Shown: positions 45,409 to 57,578 of the stretch, piece after piece
Position numbering within the stretch: position 1 is the stretch's first letter
Layout of the letters: every line of letters begins with the position of its first letter
From: Acidimicrobiia bacterium
Lineage (GTDB): Bacteria; Actinomycetota; Acidimicrobiia; Spongiisociales; ZC4RG35
Assembly (NCBI GenBank): GCA_035249605.1
Contig: DATFGI010000065.1
Coordinates: forward strand, 7,208-71,207
Length of the DNA: 64,000 nucleotides
Direction: 5' to 3'
Notes under the pieces: model-generated
Told to the model about the DNA's origin: nothing
What the model saw: the letters and a program-made list of their open reading frames with translations, nothing else
The model's database searches: none
Translations under genes and position numbers: made by a program

Positions 45409-47765
45409 GACCGGTGCGTCTCAGCCTCGAGGGCTTCTCCGCCTATCGGGAGCCTGTCGAGGCCGACTTCGCCGGTGTCGACTTCTTCTCGCTCACGGGC
45501 CCCACCGGGGCGGGCAAGTCCAGTCTCATCGACGCGATGGTCTTCGCCCTCTACGGTCGTGTCCCCCGTCTCGGCGGCAACCTGGTGGCGCCGGCCATCA
45601 GCGCCGGTGCCGATCGAGCCCGGGTCAGATTCGACTTCGAGGTGGGCGACACCGTCTACACCGCGGTGAGGTTGGCACAGAGGACCAGCACTGGCGGCGC
45701 CTCGGTGCGTGAGGCCCGTCTCCAGCAGGGAGACGAGGTCCTGGCCGACGGGGCCGACGACGTGACCGGCGCGGTGGAAGATCTCCTGCGTCTTCGTTTC
45801 GACGACTTCACCCGCACCGTCGTGCTGCCCCAAGGAGACTTCGCTCGCTTCCTCACCGCCACCAAGTCGGAGCGTCAGGGTTTGCTCCGCAGCCTCCTCG
45901 GTCTCGACGTGTACACCCGCGTCCGGGAGATGGCCCGCACCCGTGCTGCCGTGGCCGGGGAGCGGGCAGACGGGGCTGCTCGCGCCCTCGAGGGCCTCGA
46001 CCTCGTCGACGCTGACACCTTGCAGCTGGCACTCGAGCGCGCCGCTCTCCTCGATGGTCTGACCGTCGAGGTCGGCGAGAAAGAGAAGGGCCTATCCGTC
46101 CTCGATCGCCAGGTCGAGGTCGCCGAGGCCGAGGAGGCAAATCTCTCGAAGGCCGTTGCCGACCTGAGCTCCATCGATGCTCCGGACCAGCTGGGGGAAC
46201 TGGACAATCTCATGTTCGAGGCCCGTTCCCGGCTGGTCGACGCCGAAGAGTCGGAGAGGGAGGGCAAGCAAGCCCTGGCCATGGTGGAGGCCGAGGTGTC
46301 CGGGCTCCCCGGTACCGAGCGGATCGGTTCCTGGAAGCGGGACCGTGAGCGGCTCGCCGGGCTGGAGAAGAGACTCGGCGACACCTCGCTGGAGAAGGCG
46401 AAGGCTGGATTGTCGGAGGCGGAACAGGCCCTCGGCAAGGCGGTGGCCGACCTGGCGGAGGCGGAGCTCGCGCTGGCAACGGAGCGCTCGAAGCATGCCG
46501 CCCACGCCCTGGCGGCGGGCCTGGAAGTGGGGGAGCCGTGCCCGGTGTGTCTTCACCAGGTGGGCGAGTTGCCGGCGCGGGACGAGCCCGCCGAGCTCGA
46601 CGGGCTGGACGAGGTTCGCAATCAGGCGATGAGTCGCGTCGAGATCTCGCGCTCGGCCGCAGACGAGGCGCGGGATGCTGTCGCCAGGCTCGAGGCGACC
46701 CGCGCCGAGCTCGACGCCCATGCCGGAGAGCTCAGGTCCGCACTGGCCGGGGCCCCCGACCCCGATGAGCTGGAGAAGCTGGCCATCCAGAGGGCGGAGC
46801 TGGATGCGGAGGTCTCGGACCGACGGAAGACGCTGATCGGCCTGGAGGAGGAGACGGCCCGGGCCCGCATCGCCCTGGAGGACCTCGCCGATGCCTCCCG
46901 CAGGATTTCGAGGCTGCTCACCGCGGCGCAGCTCAAGGTGGCGGGGCTGGAGCCCCCCGTCTCGGAAAGCGACGACGTCGTCGTGCAGTGGAAGGAGCTG
47001 CTGGAGTGGAAGCAGTCCACGCTGGGCCGCCTGGGCGAGGACGTAGCAGCGGCCGCAACCCGGGTCGAAGAGGCGAGGAAGATCGCCGACATGGCAAAGA
47101 AAGCCCTCGCCGAGCTGTTGACCAATCATGCGATCCCGGCCGTGGAGCCATACTCGGCCCAGGTTGCCGCAGCGCATGAGGCGGCGAGGTCGGTGGCTGA
47201 GTCCTATCAGCGGGCATTGGCGCAAGCAGAAGAGCTCACCGAGCTGGAACGTTCGGCCAGGGAGGAGGCGGCGGTCGCCGGCGCCTTGTCCGGGCACCTG
47301 CGCGCCGACGGCTTCGAGCAGTGGATGATGGCCGGCGCATTGACCGAGCTGGTCACCGGTGCCAACCACCTCCTGGGCCAGCTCTCGAGCGGCGGATACT
47401 CTCTGGCGTCCGACGATTCGGGGAGCTTCTCCATCGTCGACCATCGCAACGCCGACGAGAGTCGGTCGGTGAGCACCCTCTCCGGCGGAGAGACCTTCCT
47501 GGTGTCCCTGGCCCTGGCCTTGTCACTGGCGGAGACCCTCTCGGCAAAGGGCGGCTCGGGTCTCGACGCCATCATGCTCGACGAGGGCTTTGGAACTCTC
47601 GACGAGGAGTCCCTCGACACCGTGGCGTCGGTGCTCGAGGAGTTGACCGGGCGGGGGCTGATGGTCGGCATCATCACGCACGTCAAGGAGCTGGCGGCGC
47701 GGGCACCGGTCCGATACGAGGTGCGGCGTGAGCCGACCGGTGCTCAGGTGAGGCTGGTCTCGTGA
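45405..47765 (+). CDS. sbcC: Exonuclease SbcC (Rad50/SMC-like ATPase)
   Basis: Walker A LTGPTGAGKSS, long coiled coil with the zinc hook EPCPVCLH, signature LSGGETFLVSLALAL, Walker B AIMLDEGFGTLD. ATGA overlap with sbcD. Confidence 0.9.
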   Translation: MRPVRLSLEGFSAYREPVEADFAGVDFFSLTGPTGAGKSSLIDAMVFALYGRVPRLGGNLVAPAISAGADRARVRFDFEVGDTVYTAVRLAQRTSTGGASVREARLQQGDEVLADGADDVTGAVEDLLRLRFDDFTRTVVLPQGDFARFLTATKSERQGLLRSLLGLDVYTRVREMARTRAAVAGERADGAARALEGLDLVDADTLQLALERAALLDGLTVEVGEKEKGLSVLDRQVEVAEAEEANLSKAVADLSSIDAPDQLGELDNLMFEARSRLVDAEESEREGKQALAMVEAEVSGLPGTERIGSWKRDRERLAGLEKRLGDTSLEKAKAGLSEAEQALGKAVADLAEAELALATERSKHAAHALAAGLEVGEPCPVCLHQVGELPARDEPAELDGLDEVRNQAMSRVEISRSAADEARDAVARLEATRAELDAHAGELRSALAGAPDPDELEKLAIQRAELDAEVSDRRKTLIGLEEETARARIALEDLADASRRISRLLTAAQLKVAGLEPPVSESDDVVVQWKELLEWKQSTLGRLGEDVAAAATRVEEARKIADMAKKALAELLTNHAIPAVEPYSAQVAAAHEAARSVAESYQRALAQAEELTELERSAREEAAVAGALSGHLRADGFEQWMMAGALTELVTGANHLLGQLSSGGYSLASDDSGSFSIVDHRNADESRSVSTLSGGETFLVSLALALSLAETLSAKGGSGLDAIMLDEGFGTLDEESLDTVASVLEELTGRGLMVGIITHVKELAARAPVRYEVRREPTGAQVRLVS

Positions 47766-48673
47766 GGTTCACGGTCGAGACCTGGGACTCCGACTACGGG
47801 GCGCCCACCGACGCCGAGATGGACGATGCCAGTCATAACGTCGACGTCGGCGTCGAGCTTCGCCCCGAGGACTGGCGCCCTCTCCTCCCCGAGGTGGGGG
47901 CGGTCCCCGACATCCTGTTCATCGACGGGGTGCGCCGGGTCGACGCGACACTGTGGATCGAGCAACCCCCGGACTTCCCCGGATTCGCCCTCGCCGCCAC
48001 CTATGCCGCCGGAGCGGTTCGCTGCAACGGGGCTGCCCGGATCGAGGAGACCGCCGTGGAGAGGGGGCTGTTCACCTCGGCGCCGGCCGGTGACGTCGAC
48101 ACCCCCGTCGGCACCTACGAGGTCAAGGCGACCAAGGGCACCACCCCCGAGGAGCTCTGGCTGGGGATCCAGCAGCGGATGGGGGCGTTGGAGGCGGCGG
48201 TCACCCGCAGTGCCGGCGGTGCGGAGATGCTGGTGGTCGACGGGCCGCTCTCTCATGCCCGCGATCTGGAGAACGCGGTGGGCTACATCAAGACCCAGAA
48301 GGTGCAGTATCTCCCGATCGAGCTGCGGCAGGTGCTCACGTCCCTCCCCGCCGGCTACCGCACACCGCTCTTCCTCACCACCACATCATGGAGCCGTTTC
48401 TCCTGGTACCTGCGGCTCGCCAACCACGCCGGCCCGGCGGGAGGCTTGGTTCGCTGTGAGATCGACGCCGACATGAGCGCCGCCGATGCGGCCCGGGTGG
48501 CCCACAGGGTGAGCGCCACGTTGCCCCGGTACGCCTCGGCCCGGCACAAAGACCCGCGGGCACCGCAGAACCTGTACCCGATCGGTGGTCTGGAGCGTGA
48601 GCTTCGCCACCGTCTCGGCGACAAGGAGATGGCGATGCGGGCGCTGCGTCGAGCGGCGGCGCGGGCCGCCTGA
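47762..48673 (+). CDS. Putative NurA-like nuclease (RNase H-fold)
   Basis: 303 aa. DILFIDGVRRVDA, MLVVDGPLSH and VGYIKTQKVQYLP resemble the NurA DG motifs. GTGA overlap with sbcC. Assignment from memory, not HMM-verified. Confidence 0.5.
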   Translation: MRFTVETWDSDYGAPTDAEMDDASHNVDVGVELRPEDWRPLLPEVGAVPDILFIDGVRRVDATLWIEQPPDFPGFALAATYAAGAVRCNGAARIEETAVERGLFTSAPAGDVDTPVGTYEVKATKGTTPEELWLGIQQRMGALEAAVTRSAGGAEMLVVDGPLSHARDLENAVGYIKTQKVQYLPIELRQVLTSLPAGYRTPLFLTTTSWSRFSWYLRLANHAGPAGGLVRCEIDADMSAADAARVAHRVSATLPRYASARHKDPRAPQNLYPIGGLERELRHRLGDKEMAMRALRRAAARAA

Positions 48674-48674
48674 G

Positions 48675-49592
48675 TCAGCGTCTCTTCCTCAGCTCGCGGC
48701 GTGAGGCGAGCACCGCCCCCGCGATCACCAGGAGGACACCGGCAACCGCCACCGGAGATACCACCTCACCGCGGAAGACGACACCCAGAACCAAGGCGAC
48801 CACAGGGATCAGGTATGTGATGAATGAGGCCCGGGTGGCGCCCACGCTCCCGGTCAGGTTGCCCATGAGGACGAAGGCGAGACCGGTGCCGAGGACACCC
48901 ACTGCGACCACCGCCAGCAGCGACGACCACGCGAAGCTGGAGTCGAACGCCCCGATGACCCCAAACGGCGCGACCATCGGCACCGCAAGCCAGAGCACCC
49001 AAGCCATCAGTGACAGCGAGCCGTACTTCTGCTGGAGGGGCGGCACGAGGTTGAGCGAGACCGCATAACCGGTCGTAGCCGCCAAGACCAGGCCCACCCC
49101 CAATGCCTCGGTGGAGCCCGAGCCGGCCGAGGGCAGGGCGATGGCCAGGATGCCGACGAAACCGACAGCCAGCCCCATCAGCTGGAGCGGCCCGGGCAGG
49201 GCCCGCAGCAAGAAGGTGGCGAGCAAGGCGGTGAAGATCGGAGTCGCCCCGTTGAGCATCCCGGCGACCGCGGAGTCGATCCATTGCTGGGCGATGGGGA
49301 ACAGGGTGAAGGGAATGGCCACCCAGATCGCGGCGAGGAGGGCGACCGAGCCGTAGTCGGCCCGATCGATGCGCACCATTCGGGTCCCCGGTATCGCGGT
49401 CAGAGCGGCCGCCCCCAGCGCCACGCGGAGAAAAGTGACCACACCGGGATGGAAGGCGTCGAGGCCGATCGCGATGAAGAGAAAAGAGGCGCCCCAGATC
49501 AGCGAGAGGGCGATGAAACGCCCCCAGTCGAGAGGGGTGAACGCCTCCCGGTTGGTTCCGTGGGAGGTCTGGAGCAGTCTTGTGGTGGCCAT
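48675..49592 (-). CDS. EamA/DMT-family transporter
   Basis: About 10 TM segments. LSLIWGASFLFIAIGL. Start at the internal ATG (MATTRLLQ). Confidence 0.75.
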   Translation of the reverse strand: MATTRLLQTSHGTNREAFTPLDWGRFIALSLIWGASFLFIAIGLDAFHPGVVTFLRVALGAAALTAIPGTRMVRIDRADYGSVALLAAIWVAIPFTLFPIAQQWIDSAVAGMLNGATPIFTALLATFLLRALPGPLQLMGLAVGFVGILAIALPSAGSGSTEALGVGLVLAATTGYAVSLNLVPPLQQKYGSLSLMAWVLWLAVPMVAPFGVIGAFDSSFAWSSLLAVVAVGVLGTGLAFVLMGNLTGSVGATRASFITYLIPVVALVLGVVFRGEVVSPVAVAGVLLVIAGAVLASRRELRKRR

Positions 49593-49632
49593 CAGTGCGT
49601 AGAACCCCGAAATCGTCGTCCCGGTTGCAGGG

Positions 49633-50265
49633 TCAACGCGCGTATGGGCGCAAATAGTCCGGGATCTCCGTCCCGGATCGGAGATCACTGGAGGCCACGG
49701 GCTCGCCGGCGGTCAACTTCATGGGGATGATCCCCGCCCATACCGGTGAGATCATGTCCTCGGGGTCGTCCTCGGGGTCGCCGGTGCGAACCTTGGCCGA
49801 TATGTCGTCCAGACTGAGGGCGATCACCGCCGTCTGTCGTATCTCGACGTCGGTGGAGGCCCGCACGTCCGCCAGCCGCCCGGGGACCAATGTCTCGACG
49901 ATGTGGTCGAGGGCCCTCCGCTTCTCCTCGCCGGCGAGCAGCACACCACGACCGTGGACCACGACGCTCCTGTAGTTGGCCGACGAGTTGAACGCGCTGC
50001 GGGCCAGCACGAGACCGTCGACGTGGGTGACGGCGACGCTGAGCGGCGACCGGGCGCGCACCGCCCGCGCCAGGCCCATCGCGGTCGACCCGTGCAACAG
50101 GACCCGATCGCCGTCCCGGGCATAGAGGGTCGGCACGACGACGGGACGGCCATCGGTCACATAGGCGGCATGGCAGACGAATCCCGCGTCCAGAATCGCC
50201 TCGACAGACCCCGTGTCGGTGACTGCCCGTTCCGGGAGGCGTCTGATCCGGGTGTGGTCACTCAA
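49633..50265 (-). CDS. Pyridoxamine 5'-phosphate oxidase-family flavin-binding protein
   Basis: RRLPERAVTD...ILDAGFVCHAAYVTDGRPVVVPTLYARDGDRVLLHGS. TTG start overlapping the gpsA stop (TTGA). Confidence 0.7.
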   Translation of the reverse strand: MSDHTRIRRLPERAVTDTGSVEAILDAGFVCHAAYVTDGRPVVVPTLYARDGDRVLLHGSTAMGLARAVRARSPLSVAVTHVDGLVLARSAFNSSANYRSVVVHGRGVLLAGEEKRRALDHIVETLVPGRLADVRASTDVEIRQTAVIALSLDDISAKVRTGDPEDDPEDMISPVWAGIIPMKLTAGEPVASSDLRSGTEIPDYLRPYAR

Positions 50266-51263
50266 TGCGACTCGGCCTTGGCCTGTCGGGTCATCAGGCT
50301 CAGCACGGCATCCCGGGGTGTGATCTCCCCGCGGAGCACGAGGTCGACGTGACCGGCGATCGGCATCTCGACGCCGGTCTTGCCGGCGAGCGCAACGACG
50401 CTTTCCGTCGTCTTCACGCCTTCGGCCACCATCCTCATCTCGGAGACGATCTCGTCGAGGCTCTTGCCTGAGGCGAGGGCGTACCCGACCCGATGGTTGC
50501 GGCTCTTGTCGGAACCGCAAGTGGCGATGAGGTCCCCCATCCCGGCCAGTCCGGCGAACGTCTCGGGACGCCCTCCCAGGGCCACCCCGAGCCGGGTGAG
50601 CTCGGCCAGGGCCCTGGTGAGGAGTGTGGCCCTGGTGTTGTCCCCGAAACCGAGCCCGTCCGACATCCCCGAGGCGATCGCCATGACGTTCTTCAGGGCC
50701 CCGCCCAACTCACAGCCGATGACGTCGTCGTTGGTGTAGACCCGGAAGCTTGGCCCCATGAACAATGTCTGCAGCCTCTTCGCGGCCGTACCGTCCCGCA
50801 TCGCCACCACCGAGGCGGCGGGCTGGCCGGCGATCACCTCGGCGGCCAGATTGGGCCCGGTCATGACTCCGACGACGGATTGGTCGTGACCCGGCGCCAC
50901 CTCGGCGACCACCTCGGTCATCGTGCGCAGGGTCTGCTGCTCGATGCCCTTGGTGAGGGAGAGCACCGGGACCTGGTCGGCGATCAGTCCGGCGATCGGG
51001 TCGAAGACCTCGCGGAACCCATGGGAGGGGACCGCCATGACCACCACATCGGCCCCGGACACCGCTTCGGCGAGATCGTGCGTCGCCCGCAAGGTCGGGG
51101 GAAGGGCGAACGCGGGCAGGTAGTCGGGGTTGGCACCGTCCCGGTTGATCGCCCGGGCCAGCGAGTCCCGTCTCGCCCAGAGCAGGGTCTCCACCCTGGC
51201 TGCGGCGATGGCAGCGACGGTGGTGCCCCAGGAGCCGGCTCCGATCACCGCGACCGTGTTCAT
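50262..51263 (-). CDS. gpsA: NAD(P)H-dependent glycerol-3-phosphate dehydrogenase
   Basis: VIGAGSWGTTVA, GALKNVMAIASG, SDKSRNHRVG. Confidence 0.92.
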   Translation of the reverse strand: MNTVAVIGAGSWGTTVAAIAAARVETLLWARRDSLARAINRDGANPDYLPAFALPPTLRATHDLAEAVSGADVVVMAVPSHGFREVFDPIAGLIADQVPVLSLTKGIEQQTLRTMTEVVAEVAPGHDQSVVGVMTGPNLAAEVIAGQPAASVVAMRDGTAAKRLQTLFMGPSFRVYTNDDVIGCELGGALKNVMAIASGMSDGLGFGDNTRATLLTRALAELTRLGVALGGRPETFAGLAGMGDLIATCGSDKSRNHRVGYALASGKSLDEIVSEMRMVAEGVKTTESVVALAGKTGVEMPIAGHVDLVLRGEITPRDAVLSLMTRQAKAESH

Positions 51264-51317
51264 CGCAAGGCAACCTAATCAGCCGTCGCCCCGGTCTCCC
51301 TAACCTGCCTCCACCTC

Positions 51318-52394
51318 ATGGCGCTATCCATCGGCATCGTCGGCCTGCCCAACGTGGGCAAGTCAACTCTCTTCAACGCTCTCACCAAGGCCGGCGCCCT
51401 CGCTGCCAACTATCCGTTCGCGACCATCGAGCCGAACACCGGCATCGTCCCCATACCCGATCCCAGGGTGGAGCGTCTCGCCGAGCTGTTCGCATCCGAC
51501 AGAGCCATCCATGCCACCGTCACGTTCGTGGACATCGCCGGCCTGGTGGCCGGGGCCAGCCAGGGGGAGGGTCTGGGCAACCGGTTCCTCGCCAATATCC
51601 GGGAGGCCAGCGCGATCTGCCACGTGGTACGTGCCTTCGAGTCGGCGAGCGTGGTGCACGTCGACGAGCAGCTGGACCCGCAACGGGACATCGGGGTCAT
51701 CGAGGCCGAGCTCGCCCTCGCCGACCTGGAGACCATCGATCGCAGGCTTCCCCGACTGGAGCGGGAGGCCACGGTCGATCGTTCTCTCCACTCCCGGGTG
51801 GCCACCCTGCGCCGGGTGCGTGAGGTCGTGGCCGGGGGGGACATGCTGAGTCGTCACCCCGATCTCGTGGGGACCGATCTGGCGGATCTGCAGCTGCTGA
51901 CCGCGAAACCGGTGATCTATGTGTTCAACATGGACGAAGCCGGTCTGGCCGACCACGACCGGCGACGTCATCTTGGAGAGCTGGTGTCGCCATCGACGGC
52001 CCTGTTCCTCGATGCCCAGATCGAGTCGGAACTGGTCGAGCTGGCCACCGACGAGCAGATCGAGATGCTGCAGGCCGTCGGTCAGGACGAGCCCGGTCTG
52101 GACGCGGTGATCCGGGCTGCATACGAGACGCTGGGATTGCAGAGCTTCCTGACCGCGGGTGAGAAGGAGGCGAGGGCGTGGACCATCCCCCGAGGGGCGA
52201 CGGCTCCGGAGGCGGCGGGAGTGATCCACACCGACTTCCAACGTGGCTTCATCGCCGCCGAAGTGGTCGACTACGAGCGGCTGATTACCGCGGGGTCGTG
52301 GCAGGCGGCCCGCTCGGCGGGGCTGGTGCGGACCGAGGGCAAGACGTACGTAATGCGCCCGGGGGATGTTGTGGAGTTTCGTTTCAACGTGTGA
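51318..52394 (+). CDS. ychF: Redox-regulated ATPase YchF
   Basis: GIVGLPNVGKSTLFNALT, FVDIAGLV, and the C-terminal TGS-like RTEGKTYVMRPGDVVEFRFNV. Confidence 0.95.
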   Translation: MALSIGIVGLPNVGKSTLFNALTKAGALAANYPFATIEPNTGIVPIPDPRVERLAELFASDRAIHATVTFVDIAGLVAGASQGEGLGNRFLANIREASAICHVVRAFESASVVHVDEQLDPQRDIGVIEAELALADLETIDRRLPRLEREATVDRSLHSRVATLRRVREVVAGGDMLSRHPDLVGTDLADLQLLTAKPVIYVFNMDEAGLADHDRRRHLGELVSPSTALFLDAQIESELVELATDEQIEMLQAVGQDEPGLDAVIRAAYETLGLQSFLTAGEKEARAWTIPRGATAPEAAGVIHTDFQRGFIAAEVVDYERLITAGSWQAARSAGLVRTEGKTYVMRPGDVVEFRFNV

Positions 52395-52397
52395 GCG

Positions 52398-54623
52398 GTG
52401 GCTAATTTGAACGTGGTGATCTCGGTCGTCGCTGCCCAGGGAGGCTCCGCGGCAGCTCCGCTGAACGAGCACGAAGTCCTCCTGTTCCTCATCCAGCTGG
52501 CGCTGCTCATCGGCGTGGCTCGCATCTTCGGCTGGCTGGCCAAGAGCATCAGTCAGCCGCCGGTTGTCGGTGAGCTGCTGGCCGGTGTGGTGCTCGGCCC
52601 CTCGGTGTTCGGCCGAGTCGCACCCGACGGGTTCGCCTGGATCTTCGGAGAGGCGACGGTCACCTCCGTGATGTTCGGGATCGCCTGGCTCGGGGTGATC
52701 ATGCTCCTGGTCGTCCTCGGCTTCGAGACCGACCTCGGGATCATCGCCCGATACCGCAAAGCAGCCCTGTCGGTCTCCGCCGGCGGGCTGCTCCTGCCAC
52801 TGGCAGCTGCAGTCCTCCTCGCGTTCGCCGTCCCCGACTCCTTCATCGGGGCGGGGCCGGATGGGCAAGGAGTCGATCGCGCCATCTTCGCCGGCTTCTT
52901 CGCCCTCGCCTTCTCGGTGGCCGCCCTTCCCGTGGTGGGGAAGATCCTCCAGGACATGGGATTCCTGCGGCGCAACTTCGGCCAGGTGACCCTGGCCGCC
53001 AGCATGACCATGGACGCGGTGGGATGGCTGATCCTGGCCGCCCTGTCCGGGATCGCACTGGAGGGCTTTCGACCCGAAGGCCTGGCCCTGTCCTTCGGGG
53101 GGCTGCTGCTGTTCCTGGTATTCGCCGTCACCGTCCTGCGCTGGGTGGTCGATCGGCTCTTCCGATACGTGATGTCCCGCGGATCGTCGATCACCGCCGC
53201 ACTCTCCATCACCGTGGTTGCCTCGCTCTTCGGCGGGGTGGTGACCCAGGCGCTCAACATCGAGGCGATTCTCGGGGCCTACATCGTCGGGATCGTCCTC
53301 GCCGGGCTTCGCCACCAGCTGCCCCAGGTCCGATCGATCCTGGAGACGGTCACCGCCGCCCTCTTCGCCCCGATCTTCTTCGCCTTCTCCGGTCTCCGGG
53401 TCGATATCGGCCTGCTCGACACCGGCGAGGTGGTGTTCTGGACCGTGATCCTGATCGGAGTGGCGATCGTCGCCAAGATGGTCGGCACCATCGTCGGCGG
53501 GTTCTTCGTCGGGATCAGGGGTCGGGAGGCGCTGGCGTTGGGCTCGGGGCTCTCGGCGCTGGGTGCGATGGGGGTCGTCGTGGCGATCGTCGGGCTCAAC
53601 CTGGGTGTCGTCAGCGAGACCGGGTACACGGTGATGGTGCTGGCGGCGGTGGTTACGTCTCTGGTGGCCCCGCAACTACTCAAGCTGGTGGTTCGGGGAT
53701 GGGACATCCCCCACGAGGAGGCGCGACGCCTCAGCGAGGAGCAGGTCAAGGAGGAGAGCGAGATCCTTCGCGCCCGCCGGGTGCTGATCCCGACACGGGG
53801 CGGGAAGAACAGCCGCTACGCGGCGCAGCTGGTGGCGGCGGCCTTCCCCGACGCGGAGGCAACCGTCCTCGTCGTCGACCTCGCCAAGCCAGGGCTCCTC
53901 ACCAAGTTCCTGCGGCGGGTGGAGGGCCAGCCGGGCGACCCCTCCGATGTGCTCGCCGTGCTTCCCGAGGGGAGAACGATTCAGCGGCTTGCCCGCGATC
54001 CCGCCGCGGCCATCGCACGGGAGTCGGCTCTCGGCTACGACCTCGTGGTCCTCGGGGCGACCGAGCGCGGGGAGGGCACGTTCAACAGTGTGATCGACCG
54101 GGTCCTCGCCCTGGTCGAAGTGCCCTCGATCGTGGTCCGCATGCCCGAAGGGCACGCCGCCCTCGACCGGCTGCCGAGCCGAATCCTGGTCCCGGTGACA
54201 GCGACCCGTTCCACCCGGGCAGCCGAGGAGTTCGCCTACTCATTGGCCAAGGCGGCGGATGGCAGGACTTTCGCCCTCCACGTGGTCAACCGGCCGGAAG
54301 GTCAGGGAGTGATGCGGGAGGAGCGCTCGATCGAGGCCAGCCTCACCGACGGAAGGGAGCTGGTGGCCGCCGCCGCCGCGTTCGGGGCCCGGCTCGGCGT
54401 GGCCGTGGAGACCGGGGTGCGGGTCGCCCCCAACGCCGAGGAGGAGATCGTCGCCTTTGGCAATTCCGGGGCGTTCGACCTGCTGGTGCTGGGGGCGAGC
54501 ACCAGGTCATTGACCAACCGGCCTTTCTACGGGCATCGGGTCTCCTACATGCTGGCCCAGTCCGAGCTTCCCGTCGCCGTGGTGAGCCTCCCGCCCAGCA
54601 CGTCGGCGGCCACGCTGCATTAG
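52398..54623 (+). CDS. CPA2-type cation:proton antiporter fused to tandem universal stress protein (USP) domains
   Basis: 741 aa. Na+/H+ exchanger N-terminus [20 protein letters not shown] with about 12 TM segments. Two C-terminal USP-like modules (RVLIPTRGG...LVVLGA; ILVPVTAT...LLVLGAS). Confidence 0.8.
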   Translation: MANLNVVISVVAAQGGSAAAPLNEHEVLLFLIQLALLIGVARIFGWLAKSISQPPVVGELLAGVVLGPSVFGRVAPDGFAWIFGEATVTSVMFGIAWLGVIMLLVVLGFETDLGIIARYRKAALSVSAGGLLLPLAAAVLLAFAVPDSFIGAGPDGQGVDRAIFAGFFALAFSVAALPVVGKILQDMGFLRRNFGQVTLAASMTMDAVGWLILAALSGIALEGFRPEGLALSFGGLLLFLVFAVTVLRWVVDRLFRYVMSRGSSITAALSITVVASLFGGVVTQALNIEAILGAYIVGIVLAGLRHQLPQVRSILETVTAALFAPIFFAFSGLRVDIGLLDTGEVVFWTVILIGVAIVAKMVGTIVGGFFVGIRGREALALGSGLSALGAMGVVVAIVGLNLGVVSETGYTVMVLAAVVTSLVAPQLLKLVVRGWDIPHEEARRLSEEQVKEESEILRARRVLIPTRGGKNSRYAAQLVAAAFPDAEATVLVVDLAKPGLLTKFLRRVEGQPGDPSDVLAVLPEGRTIQRLARDPAAAIARESALGYDLVVLGATERGEGTFNSVIDRVLALVEVPSIVVRMPEGHAALDRLPSRILVPVTATRSTRAAEEFAYSLAKAADGRTFALHVVNRPEGQGVMREERSIEASLTDGRELVAAAAAFGARLGVAVETGVRVAPNAEEEIVAFGNSGAFDLLVLGASTRSLTNRPFYGHRVSYMLAQSELPVAVVSLPPSTSAATLH

Positions 54624-54675
54624 CGGCCGGGATCGGAGTCGGCCGGCACCGGGCTTATCATCGCCCATTGAACCG

Positions 54676-57498
<2,823 letters not shown>

Positions 57499-57578
57499 TC
57501 GCGTCTTGACTTTTCTCGAAGCGGTGGGATCTTTATCTGCTGCAATCGCCGTTTTGCTAGGTACACCAAGGGTCGCAT

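Noticed and set aside
44284-47765. SbcC/SbcD as an SMC-nuclease antiphage system (Lamassu- or Gabija-like)
   Set aside because: The locus has a canonical Mre11 phosphoesterase motif set and a Rad50-type zinc hook with full ABC motifs. The context with herA and the NurA-like gene points to DNA-end processing rather than a defence island, and there are no mobile-element or defence neighbours.
51363-53675. 770-aa minus-strand ORF
   Set aside because: It is antisense to ychF and the CPA2 antiporter, both recognised by strong motifs. The translated sequence is a charged, repetitive, high-GC artefact.
54540-54675. Glycine riboswitch upstream of gcvP
   Set aside because: The spacer is only about 52 nt. 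I could not find the conserved GGAGAG...CACCG / ACCGAAGGGGCAA-type aptamer cores here or in the end of the preceding gene.
57499-57578. Promoter call from the TTGACT hexamer at about 57508
   Set aside because: I found no convincing -10 (TANNNT) at appropriate spacing, so it is not reported as a feature.
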